Shown one piece after another: positions 11,617 to 21,587 of a stretch of 21,587 bases of DNA. This DNA comes from Ginkgo biloba. Its lineage: Eukaryota > Plantae > Ginkgophyta. A program made the position numbers and the translations under genes. How positions within the stretch are numbered: position 1 is the first letter of the stretch; every line of letters starts with the position of its first letter. The notes under the pieces were generated by a model that ran no database searches, was not told where the DNA came from, and was given only the letters and a program-made list of their open reading frames with translations. Location: positions 153,760,088-153,781,674 of the forward strand of contig JANKJI020000004.1 in NCBI GenBank assembly GCA_024626585.2. The letters run 5' to 3'.

Positions 11617-12033
11617 GGGTTCACCCTATTAAAACTAGCTTATGGGCAAGAGGGAGTAATGTCCTTTGAGTTATTTGTTCCAAGTCTTCAAGTTGCCATG
11701 AAACATCAATTGGGGGATATCCCTTCACATAAAGAACGACTCCACCATCTTTCATAACTCGAGGAAACAAGAAACTTGGCACACTGGCAACTTGAGGTCT
11801 CTCAAAAGCAACAAGACACATGGCATGATCGCCACTTGCAAACACCCAAATTTGAAGAAGGGGACCTTGTACTATTATACGAAAGCAAGTTCAAGACTAC
11901 ATCGAATAAATTAAAAATTAGATGGTTAGGACCTTACCAAATTGAGCAAATATTCAAATATGGTGCTGTCCAGTTAAAACAATTGAACAACATAAGTCTG
12001 CCCAAAATAGTCAATGATAGCAAGTTAAATCCT
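11617..12033 (+). mobile_element. Ty3/Gypsy (Athila/Tat-like, non-chromovirus) integrase C-terminus, pseudogenised
   Basis: GFTLLKLAYGQEGVMSFELFVPSL..ERL..*LEETR..WHDRHL..FEEGDLVLLYESK..KLKIRWLGPY..GAVQL..VNDSKL; contains the GPY/F motif. Confidence 0.93.
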
Positions 12034-13480
12034 AACTGTTGCCCAACAAATACGCAGTGGACTCTGTCCTTCATTCATTGAAAAAGATAGGATGCTCAAT
12101 TATATTTTTTTCTTGCCGGAGTTCCCTTCAAGTATGGCATCATCCAGAAGGGAAGGTCATTGCACTGCTTTTCTCCAACAAATCAACAACAGATTAATAC
12201 TGCAACAAACCTATACTCATCATTCTTCAACGCTTCTAATTTTAATCCATGATCCCCATAGTTATGTGCACTCTTGGGTAGGCATATCTCCATTATTATA
12301 CTCTGTTTGGCTAACTTGGTCAATTGTCGTGTTGGCTTGACAACCAACTTCCCAGCACTCGGTAACACAAGTAGCCATTGAAAATCTGTTTGGCAATTTT
12401 TTGTGTAGCAGCGATGATGGAATGTTGCAGGCAGATTGTAGCCTGGGAAGGGATGACTCGATCTATGGAGGCGAAGCCGAAGCAAGTAGAATCTGAATCG
12501 ATGAATCCGAACGAGTGGTGCGATGCACAGGCGGCGATGCGGTCGAGCAAAATGCACAGGCGGGCGAAGCGTTGGAAATATTTTTAATTTTTCAAATGTA
12601 TGTTTTAATTAAATTCGTTTTGAATTTAATTTGAAGTCCGCACCCTAAAACACTTTTAGCCCCTAAATTTTAGCCCATGGTCACATGCGTTAAGTGTTAA
12701 ACGATGTAAAAGTCCCTTCGGATATGTAAATTGTGGTCACATGGAGTATCAACTGATGTATTCAGTGTAAATGATGNNNNNNNNNNNNNNNNNNNNNNNN
12801 NNNNNNNNNNNNNNNNNNNNNNNNNNNNNGCACTTTTGGCCTTCTTTGCGAGCTTATCCAAAATAGCAAACTATTAAAATACGCAAACCCAAATTGGAGT
12901 GACCATGCAAAAAGCAATTTGATAGTTTGGACATGCATGATAACTAGAAGTATTAGAGTGGAAAGTTGTTGTCCAATTAGCTTCCACACCCTCATTCCTA
13001 TTTGCCAAGAAAAGTGCATCCTATATTCTTATGATTGTTGTGCTTTCGCATGAATCACCCTCCCCATTGCTTAANNNNNNNNNNNNNNNNNNNNNNNNNN
13101 NNNNNNNNNNNNNNNNNNNNNNNNNNNNNNNNNNNNNNNNNNNNCGTTTGATTGTTGTCAAGTGGTCACTGTCCAACTGTGGTCGGGCACCCACCATTTG
13201 GCCTTCATCGATCGACCGCTATCAAGAGGGCATCTAGATGCCATCAGGTGCTCAAAATTGTCGCATTCCAATGGCTTCCTATTCGTTGTGCCGAAACCTA
13301 ATTCTATACATTCATAATGTTGCATGTTGTTGTATTCTTTGTTTTTTGGGATATTAGTCATGTACAAGGACTGTACAATTCGTTCTAAACATGAATAATG
13401 AAGTTTTTGTTTAGTGNNNNNNNNNNNNNNNNNNNNNNNNNNNNNNNNNNNNNNNNNNNNNNNNNNNNNNNNNNNNNNNC

Positions 13481-13950
13481 ATTTATATGTTCTAAGTTTG
13501 GAGCCATTAAGGGTTCCTAATTTTAGAGTGCCATTGAGATTTTGCAATCAGAAGGTGCCATTACATTGTATTTGATTGATCTAGAAGGGGCCTAGCCAAC
13601 GATTTTTTAATTTCCCTAGCTTTACCATACTTTTCCCATCATATTTCAAGACCCGTTCTATGAGTTTCAAATCCTTACATTTTAAGTGCTTATCGTGCCA
13701 AGCTTTCCTTCTTTGTTGAATAACATGCATTGTCCACTATGTACATAGTCACTATTCATCAACTACAAGTGTAGATGTAGTTGTTATTGGAGGTTGTCAT
13801 CATCATTCAATCGGTGAGCCACCACAATGTGGAGACTCAAGATAGTATATTCTAGGGGAACCACTATTGCCATCCCAAACATGACTTGGAACAGTGTCTA
13901 CCCTGTTGAGCTCGTATACGTGATTCAAAATGCTCAACAAAGAAAACAAA
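13481..13950 (-). mobile_element. Second Ty3/Gypsy integrase C-terminus, heavily decayed
   Basis: AF*ITY..STG*TLFQVMFG..VVPLEY..SLHI../QQRRKAWHDKHLK..VLKYDG..GKLKNRWLGPF..NGTF*LQNLNG..LNGSKLRTY. Confidence 0.9.
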
Positions 13951-14172
13951 TGTATTTTCTAATAGATAGTGATGAAACTTTTGCAAGGCATATATCATTC
14001 CTAGTCTTTCCCCCTTTGTAGTTCTATAGTTCTGCTAAACTTGGGTTAATTTTCGGCTAGCTAATTAAATAAGATGGTCTAATCCATGCTCATAATCCAT
14101 GCTCACCTTCCTGTGCCAACGTACACTTGATTGCCTTATGATGCAGGAGCATCCCCTTAGCTCTAAGAGGAT

Positions 14173-14266
14173 GGCCGACGCCGTCGGCCGAGGCTAAATC
14201 GACATCCGTCGGTAGAGAAATAAGGTGAACCATCAGCGGAGGAATAAGGAGAACCGACCTCGTCGG
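14173..14266. repeat. CpG-rich cluster of short palindromes and direct repeats
   Basis: GGCCGACG-C-CGTCGGCC (14173-14189), CGAC-atcc-GTCG (14200-14211), CCGAC-ctc-GTCGG (14254-14266); AATAAGG(T/A)GAACC at 14219 and 14243. Confidence 0.75.
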
Positions 14267-14572
14267 TGGAGCAACAGAGANNNNNNNNNNNNNNNNNNNN
14301 NNNNNNNNNNNNNNNNNNNNNNNNNNNNNNNNNNNNNNNNNNNNNNNNNNNNNNNNNNNNNNNNNNNNNNNNNNNNNNNNTCCTCATTCATGTAAAATTT
14401 TTAAAATTGCCAGTTGGCCCCTTGAAATTTATTGCTTCTTTTTCTTTCGTTTTATCCGTTGCTCTAATATTGGAATGGGAATATTATGTTCTGTCAGCAT
14501 TCAAGTGTAAAGGGATAAGGTTCATTTGAACACAGCAAGTTATTGTTCTATCTCTTCTAACTCCAATAATAA

Positions 14573-14756
14573 TTCCTCAAACTTCTTCGAATAGCAATTG
14601 GTCCTATCTTCTTGATTTTGCCCCTACCATTTTCACTCTTCCCAATCGCTTCTTGATTCCAATCTATCTTCCTATAGACTTAACTTTGCCATACTTTCCT
14701 CAAACTTCTTCTAACATCAACTAGTCCTATCTTCTAGACTTTGCCCCTACCATTTT
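14573..14756. repeat. Imperfect 61-bp direct repeat, period 123 bp
   Basis: ttcctcaaacttcttc..gtcctatcttct.ga.tttgcccctaccatttt at 14573-14633 and 14696-14756. Confidence 0.9.
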
Positions 14757-14997
14757 CTCACCTTATAGAGCCAACAACTGTGCCAAATGCCTAANNNNNN
14801 NNNNNNNNNNNNNNNNNNNNNNNNNNNNNNNNNNNNNNNNNNNNNNAAGCAATCATCATACTATATGTACATTTGGTGCACAAACTCTGCATTTTTGTGG
14901 TTCCTCTTTATTATTTATATACACAATTCCTTCAATAAGTACTCCTTGCGTCTTAATATTCCAATGTTGTCACATTAGAATTTATATACTACCTAAG

Positions 14998-15019
14998 CCG
15001 GCAATGGCGCCAGATGTTG
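14998..15019 (-). mobile_element. LTR 3' end (..CAACA) plus primer-binding site for tRNA-Asp (Athila-type Gypsy)
   Basis: The minus strand reads CAACA-TC-TGGCGCCATTGCCGG, one mismatch from the canonical Athila PBS TGGCGCCGTTGCCGG. Confidence 0.8.
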
Positions 15020-15324
15020 AATGCATAATCGAGAACCAAGCACAACCTAGATAGCATATAGAGAAAACAAGAAGATACTCAAATGAAAGAATACGAATTG
15101 CATTGATGACTACTGCAAACACATGTCCAATAGTATGTCCTTACATTACGGTGAGGGATCCTTTTATAATGTCAAGGCACCCCTTTGCATGTCGTCACAA
15201 AATGTGGTAATTGTCCAACTATCGACAGTTCCATGTGCAAGTTCAAAGTGCAAGTCCTATGTGCAACTCTTTGCAAGTTATAATATGCAATTACATATGA
15301 TTAATTAATAACTAATATCAACAG

Positions 15325-16019
15325 CATGTGATCTACACCATCAATAATAATCACATGAAACTATGGCACCAAGGGATACCTTGTCTAATTAAATGTTCTA
15401 ACCATTCAAAACTCTAGCAAAGTCATTAGAGCAGATTGGTGCTAACAAATGCTTGGAATCTACTGCTAAACCACAACCACTTCAATATATCAATAATTAA
15501 AGGCCAATTCATTATAAGAATGCTAGCCAAGGGAGGAGCCTTTTTAAGATATATGGTTGAGACGATGTTGTGGCTTAGAAGGTGTCTAAAGTGCAAAAGG
15601 AGAGGGGAGAGAGTTGCACAAGGATACAATTAGAGGTTTGGTCGCCAACACAAAAATCCCTAAGGTTGTCTACAAGGCCCACAGTGGATGTTATTTCCTT
15701 ACGTCATATTGCGCTCATACACCTATATGTATTAAGGTTTTGAATGCTAATGCCTTAACGAGAGCTTGTCAAGATTCTCATTTACAAGTGACAAGTGGCG
15801 GAGTTGTAACACCAAATATTCTTATTGCCTCCAACATGCAACCTACAATATCAGTAATAATCACATAAAACCATGGCACTAAGGCACATCTTGTCTAATA
15901 GAACGTTCTAGCCATTCAAAATTCTAGCAAAGTCAATGAAGCAAACCGGTGCTAACAAATGCTTGGAATCTACACCACAACCACAACCACTTCAACATGT
16001 CAATAATGAAGGCCAATTC
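15325..16019. repeat. Diverged ~185-bp direct repeat, period ~510 bp, probably inside the LTR that ends at 15015
   Basis: 15325-15510 vs 15835-16019 share blocks such as ggtgctaacaaatgcttggaatctac, ccattcaaaa.tctagcaaagtca, accacaaccacttcaa and aaggccaattc. Confidence 0.92.
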
Positions 16020-16189
16020 CATCCAATATTTGACTATTCAATTCTCTCTCATGCTATGATAATATATACTCCTTCCTTTGCAAGGCTATGATGCATATCC
16101 AACTTTCGAATGTCCCACATTGCTTTATACAGTAACATCCATCTGANNNNNNNNNNNNNNNNNNNNNNNNNNNNNNNNNNNNNNNNNNN

Positions 16190-16731
16190 CTTTGGATTCT
16201 TGCTCCAATTGGGAGACTATTGGGAACATGTTTGGCATCTCTTTTGAAGAATCTACTTTAGGACGACCTCTTGAGCCTTAAAGATGTTTTGATGGTGTTT
16301 CTGGAACAATGGAGTAGATCTCCTCAAAGTCAAAATTGCGAGACACCTTTTCTATGCTACATCTCAAGGACTCTTTCTATAGGATGAAAGAAAATATATT
16401 AGTTTCAACAAATAACCAAAACCAGCCAATGGGCTAAAACTACATGTGAGATAGCAACATCAAGTAGTGCTTATGGCATCTCCAACCTAAGCTATTAATG
16501 GTATCAAAATAGAAAAATACAATAATCAATGAGTACATGGTATGTGAATTATACAAGGAGAAGATTAAGTGTTGAAAGGCTAGGAGAACTCCAAGAAAAG
16601 ATCTAAAGTGGTAGTCTATGTTTGTCCATCCCCAATCATTGCAAAACTGCCTATGGCCTACCAAATAATATCCTTCATGGATGAATTTGGTTCATCCAAT
16701 AAGGGAGGGAACTTATTGTATGCTCCTAGCT
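16190..16731 (-). pseudogene. Divergent Ulp1/C48-like domain relic (copy H) plus downstream exon
   Basis: 16731-16445 reads KFPPLLD..IIW*AIGSF../FLGVLL/PFNT/FSLY..VFFYFDTINSL. After a donor near 16444, AG|16379-16190 reads KESLRC..EIYSIVPETP..RGRPK. Confidence 0.5.
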
Positions 16732-17549
16732 NNNNNNNNNNNNNNNNNNNNNNNNNNNNNNNNNNNNNNNNNNNNNNNNNNNNNNNNNNNNNNNNNNNNN
16801 NNNNNNNNNNNNNNNNNNNNNNNNNNNNNNNCAAGGGTAGGTAAAGTTGGAATTTTCTTGATTTTATATACTTCTTCCACATGATATTATCTAATACTTG
16901 GTATACAAAGGGAAAATTAAAATGACCTTTTCTATGACTTCATTTAATTCCCAATAGTCTATATATCCACTATATTCCATTTTTATTTCTTATAACCACT
17001 ATAGAAGAAACCCATTTTCTATTAGAAATAGAGTAAATCATATTAATATCCAAGAATTTCTTGATTATTTATTTTATAATTTAATCCATGTGAGGATTAA
17101 TTCTACTTTAAAATTATTTTGTTAATCATAATCCCTTCTATAATAAAATAGAAAATATAATGTTTACAAAGTTTAGGATTAATAACTTTAATATATTGGT
17201 AGGTCCAAACACATCCTAATACTTCATCAAAAATTAGATAATTAATCCCAAATATTATTCAAGGTGATCTGTCCCAATCCATAATTTCTATTATGGTTTA
17301 ATCTCAATCTTTTTTAGCAAAGAAATCAGTAATTTGATTGTTTCGATGATCTCCCTCTTGTCACCTAGAGGTCATAGTCCTCCTGATTCCTCTACCATAG
17401 GGAGAGGCAGGGTTTTGGTCGCTCTAGGGGCAGTGTCAAGTGATCCTCCAAGACTCTTATGAGCTCTTTAGGTATGTCTCTCTGGTCACACTATCTACTG
17501 GCTGAAAGTAATCTGTTGCACTCTCTCCATCAATTGTGCCATTCCACTC

Positions 17550-18290
17550 AAAGGGTGTTGCCTCTGATGAAACAATTGATTGAAGAACAGGGTTACACAT
17601 CTTTATTCCTTATAATCTATCAAGATGACCAATGGGGCCTCCATACCTCCTAAATAGGCAATGACAGTGACCACTGATCTTGTAGTCATTGTGCAACAAA
17701 AAATGTTGCACTCCTTAGTCTCAATTTCCAACAAGCATAGCCGACAAATCTGTTGGACTTGAAGTTGTTGGTGTTCAACCTCGACTCAAAGTTGATGAAA
17801 GTAAACGCTAGATTGCCTTAAGGGGAATCTCAAGCCATGAAACCAATGGGCTCTAAGGTAATCTCATAAAACAATGGTTCCCTCATGTATGTGTGAGAAA
17901 CACTTCAAGTAGTATGCAAGTTTTGGATCAAGGTTCCTCTATGTTGAGATCTAGGTAATTTGTGCATATGTTTTGCAGATCTCCTCTTGAATGTCCTTTT
18001 AATCTCCTTCTTGGAAAGACAGAGAAGGGGCATGTGAAGAGAATCCAACAGGAGGCAAACAATCAATAGATATCCCTATGATCTAGAGCAATGAAGAGAA
18101 GTCTAGAAACCACCCTAGCAATCAGTTGATGTGGCCTTGCACAGCTACTCTCTAGGATGAGGAAAGAGGCAAGTAGGGGCCATCTACCTCTGCAGTCAAG
18201 TCAGCGATGCATCTAACACTACAGAGATGACAGAAAAATCTTGAAGATGGTATCCAGAGATAAGGTAGGAGGCAGAGAAAGAGGACTCCT
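17550..18290 (-). mobile_element. Degenerate non-L1 LINE ORF2 C-terminus with zinc-finger relic
   Basis: SLDTIFK../PYLPLSSS..GWF..IGISIDCLPP..PKLAYY..HGLR..SVYFHQL*VE..QICRLCLLEIETKE..FCC../YKISGHCHCLF../DYKE*RCVTLF. Confidence 0.75.
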
Positions 18291-18339
18291 ATCACCGCTT
18301 GGCCAAACAACCCTTCTGATTGTTCTTAACATGAAACTA

Positions 18340-19330
18340 ATCACTGCAATTACCTGAAGATTCATAATGTTTAGTACCATGCTATTGAAGGCATATTTGC
18401 TAGTGGGGAAAGAAGCCTCCCCTCACACTCCAGGAATCAATGGTCAATTTCATTCATCAATGCTTGCTTGTTTCCCCATTTTTATCGGAGATGAGCACCT
18501 CAAAACCATTATCGGCCTCTACATCCTTTGGGAACTTAACAAAGTACTGATCTAAATTTCCTTGCTTTTTGTTGGGCATGACTAAAATGCAAAGGCATCC
18601 TACTTGAGCTACCAAGAGAAGACTGAGATTCGGATGCACCATTACATTAGGGGATTGAGCCCTTTTCCAAAACAGGATTCCTATGGGAAAGAGGGAGCTT
18701 GACTTCTTGAGATACTGGAATGGCTTTCTTTCTGTTGTTGGGTCCTTCATTTTTTCTTACCCTACACTTGTTCCCACACCTCTTGCATTTCTACATCCTT
18801 AGGCTCCTAGAGGCAAGAGAGAGTGTTGGTGATCCTTGCAGTTTTGGAGTAGATTTGGGTAAAGGCTTCCTCTCATGGCATTCCTAAATCAAGTGGCATG
18901 CCAAGCGAATGAAAAGTGTTAAGTCTGTATAACTTACTGAACCTCGGTGCTTCTAGTTCAATTTCCTGAGGTGAGTTTGAATTCAATTCTACCCCTGGGC
19001 AGACCATAGTATGAATTACCAAGGTCATTCATCTCTCAGAGTATGAGGAGGGCACTTGATCTTGCACGAGACATCAGGAATATAGTCCCTAAATGCCCAG
19101 CAGAGGATGAACTCAAGCCACAGCAGGTAAGTAAATTGGTTGGTACCAACAGTGTTGACATCAACCCTCCATAACTGCAAAAAGGACAATCTTACCAGCA
19201 TCTTCAAACTCTAAACATTACTCACTTAATCTCTGTCAACTCTCTAATGGACTCTATTCCCCACCTCCTAAGCTCCTAGTTATTTTTGTTTCTTAATAAG
19301 AAATCACTGTCAGGAGGACTCGCCAAAGGA
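18340..19330 (-). mobile_element. Degenerate L1-clade LINE: ORF1 (DUF4283/zinc-knuckle-like relic) and start of ORF2
   Basis: FLQLWRVD..LLWLEF..PRGRIE../..HLI*EC. The ORF1 frame ends TGA TGA (18459-18454) immediately before ATG 18453, which reads MKLTIDSWSVRG (L1 MKIISWNVRG motif). Confidence 0.65.
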
Positions 19331-19372
19331 AAAACAAGGATGCCTGATTTATGTAAAATCTTCTGATTAGAG

Positions 19373-20200
19373 CTATCTTTCAGGTCTTAGATTTAGTGCT
19401 ATAGTGATTACAAGCAGTGACACGACTGAACATTTATGCACACTATTATAGTCCCATTGACCACCTTTTTGGTCCCTTGAAGACATTAATATAATTTCAT
19501 TTCGTTTAGTTTCTGCATATATGTTAGGAAGACTATATGGCGCGAACTCAACTTTTTCAAATATTAGGTAGGATTTGAGTGAATATAAGTGAATGGTTTG
19601 AGCAAAGGCCATATTTATATCTAGTTTTAAAGGAGGTGTTGCCTTCTCTAGGTGAAAGTGATTTGAGTATGTCCATTTTCTAGAGAGCTCAAATAACCCA
19701 AAATCATCCTTGGAGATTTTTCTCGTTGAAATCTCCTTCAAATGTATCATATAAAATAATATGCTTATGAAGTGGTTCAATATACCTCTCTCCATAGGCA
19801 CGTGAGTGGGTGAAGTTCTATTTCCTTCTAACTACGTTAGTGATTGCATCTTCCAATGTACCTGGGGGTTGCAATAAAATATGCTTTCAGCTTTGCCATT
19901 TGTATGTTCAAATCTTTGTGCCTCCAATAGGATTTAATACTTGAATGGGTCTCCTTTGAGTCTTTATGTGAAGCATGTATTATCTTATGAGTCAAAAGAA
20001 CATTAATTAATGTCCCGCAATTAACTTGTTTGTTCCCTTTAATTAAGTTCCAAAGTGTAGAAATGAATTGGATTGCTTTACATGATGATCTTGAGAAATG
20101 TGGTATAAATTCCAACGTCTTTGGCTTCATTGATTGGTCTTTCTCTCCACAAACTTTCATGTTAGGACAGTTATTGTGTTTCATACAAGACAAGAAGGAA
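19373..20200 (-). mobile_element. Decayed accessory ORF, probably from a large Gypsy element
   Basis: Two consecutive same-frame ORFs (118 and 142 aa) separated by a stop: ..LWNLIKGNKQVNCG..QMAKLKAYFIA..YIGR..; ..PPLKL... No introns seen; the family call is by resemblance only. Confidence 0.4.
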
Positions 20201-20599
20201 CCTTGAAGATCACCTTAGCCAATTCTTCCTAGGAATTCGGGCCTGAGTGGGTGACTTTTTAAAGTATTTGTGAGGGTACGTGTGAGACCGCAACCAAAAT
20301 CTTGCACAAGTTTGGTCAATGACAACATTTTGCTTTTCAAAATTGGTGTGAAATGTGTTTTAGAGAAATTCAAGAAATGCAAACTGAAAAGTTACTTTAA
20401 CATATACACGAGTCTTTTAAGTTTTAAAGTCATACTTGCACAAAATATTTTAAAATTTCTACACAGAATCTCTTNNNNNNNNNNNNNNNNNNNNNNNNNN
20501 NNNNNNNNNNNNNNNNNNNNNNNNNNNNNNNNNNNNNNNNNNNNNNNNNNNNNNNNNNNNNNNNNNNNNNNNNNTTCATTTCATTTCATTTCTCCCTTA

Positions 20600-21587
20600 C
20601 GAGCACTCTTTCTTCTCCTTCCTAAATTAACAGAAGAATGGAACTTAACTGAAGAATAAAAGTTGAAGTAATAATGCCTTCATGATTCTTGTAGGATTGT
20701 AGAAGACATCAGTATAAACAGTGAAAAGTGGCCAAGAATGTGAGGGAGCAAAAAACCATAAAAATATGCAACATCTGGTTTTAGACAGCTAAAAATTAGC
20801 TATGATCTACGCCTATCGAAACTGTGTCGCCTACCATGCTTCTTGTTCTACTTGCATACTTTTGTGTTGAAATAAAAAAATTGCAAACAGAGCATATTGT
20901 GAAAAAAAAGAACAGCAGTGAACCATAAACAAAATTCAATCACATTCAAATATGGTTTATTTATCACAAACAAATATTCTGTTAATTGTGTACATGACTG
21001 ATCCAAATGGTATTTTTCTATCATCTAAAAATATGTTATTTAAAATCCAAGTGAAAATATTTCTAGTCTGAGTAATAACATATAATAAAAATATGTGAAC
21101 ATATAGCCTTCGTCAATCCAGATAATAAAATTCAGCAAAGGGACAAGTATTGCATAGGGTCCTGTTACCATCATCAGCAATATTTGTAAGGCCATCTGTT
21201 GCAATCTTCTTCGGCACAAAGCTCTTGTATCCATGCAAAGTACCTAGTACATTTTTCCCCTGTACAAAGTTTGAATAAGGGAAAATCATGTTTAACCCTC
21301 ATGTAATACAGTTCAAGAGACCAAAGCAATAATTTCTAAATGTTCTTTACTAAAACCATAAAAGCACAACTTGTTATGTCACATCGGTGCCGTATGCCAC
21401 GAGTATCATGCAGCATGGTGCCTAATGACGAAACTTGCAACCACACAAAGGGGCAGATATTCAGAATAGAAAAATCTATTTAAGGTCTACATATGTGGAT
21501 GCATTAATGAAGAAGCATGATAGTTATGAGGAAAGGAGGTGCAAATGTTGGGGTCTGTTATCACCTGGGACTGTTCATCGATTGTAG
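20600..21587 (-). pseudogene. Spliced divergent Ulp1/C48-like domain relic (copy F), preceded by the probable tail of another copy at the window edge
   Basis: Exon AG|21259-21108 reads GKNVLGTLHGYKSF..NIADDGNRTL..AEFYYLD, with the same exon start and phase as copy A exon 2657. 20863-20600 reads EAW*ATQFR*A*IIANF*LSK/DVAYFYGFLLPHILGHFSLFIL..HYYFNF (His codon 20730-20728). Near 21570: TVP../TDPNICTSF. Confidence 0.62.

Noticed and set aside
1-12776. True terminal inverted repeats between 1-430 and 12570-12776
   Set aside because: Only AT-rich similarity by eye; the iterated motifs differ and no TSD was found.
12830-13074. Possible ninth C48-like copy (FAYFNSL on the - strand)
   Set aside because: A single short motif; the other collinear blocks were not found.
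15325-16021. TRIM / mini LTR element formed by the 185-bp repeats
   Set aside because: No PBS after the first copy, no PPT adjacent to the second, and no TSD.
1-21587. CRISPR arrays, tRNA/rRNA genes, prokaryotic operons, or stops rescued by U-to-C editing
   Set aside because: No repeat-spacer array or structural RNA was seen. The DNA is nuclear and eukaryotic, and it carries frameshifts as well as stops.

Overview
AT-rich eukaryotic nuclear DNA that looks like a plant TE graveyard. The retroelement types suggest a gymnosperm or conifer (inference). It is broken by 14 N-runs and I found no intact protein-coding gene. Recognisable debris: Ty3/Gypsy gag, two integrase C-termini, a tRNA-Asp PBS with its LTR end, a probable accessory ORF, an L1-type LINE ORF1/ORF2 junction, and two pieces of a non-L1 (RTEX/L2-like) LINE. 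Hand translation through stops, frameshifts and GT-AG introns reveals a layer the ORF track misses: at least eight highly diverged relic copies of one ~200-250 aa domain. They form tandem multi-domain spliced pseudogenes at + 2277-4700, - 10690-4880 and - 21587-16190. Their motif order resembles a very divergent Ulp1/peptidase C48 (SUMO-protease-like) domain. All alignments were made by eye on degraded sequence and need HMM confirmation.
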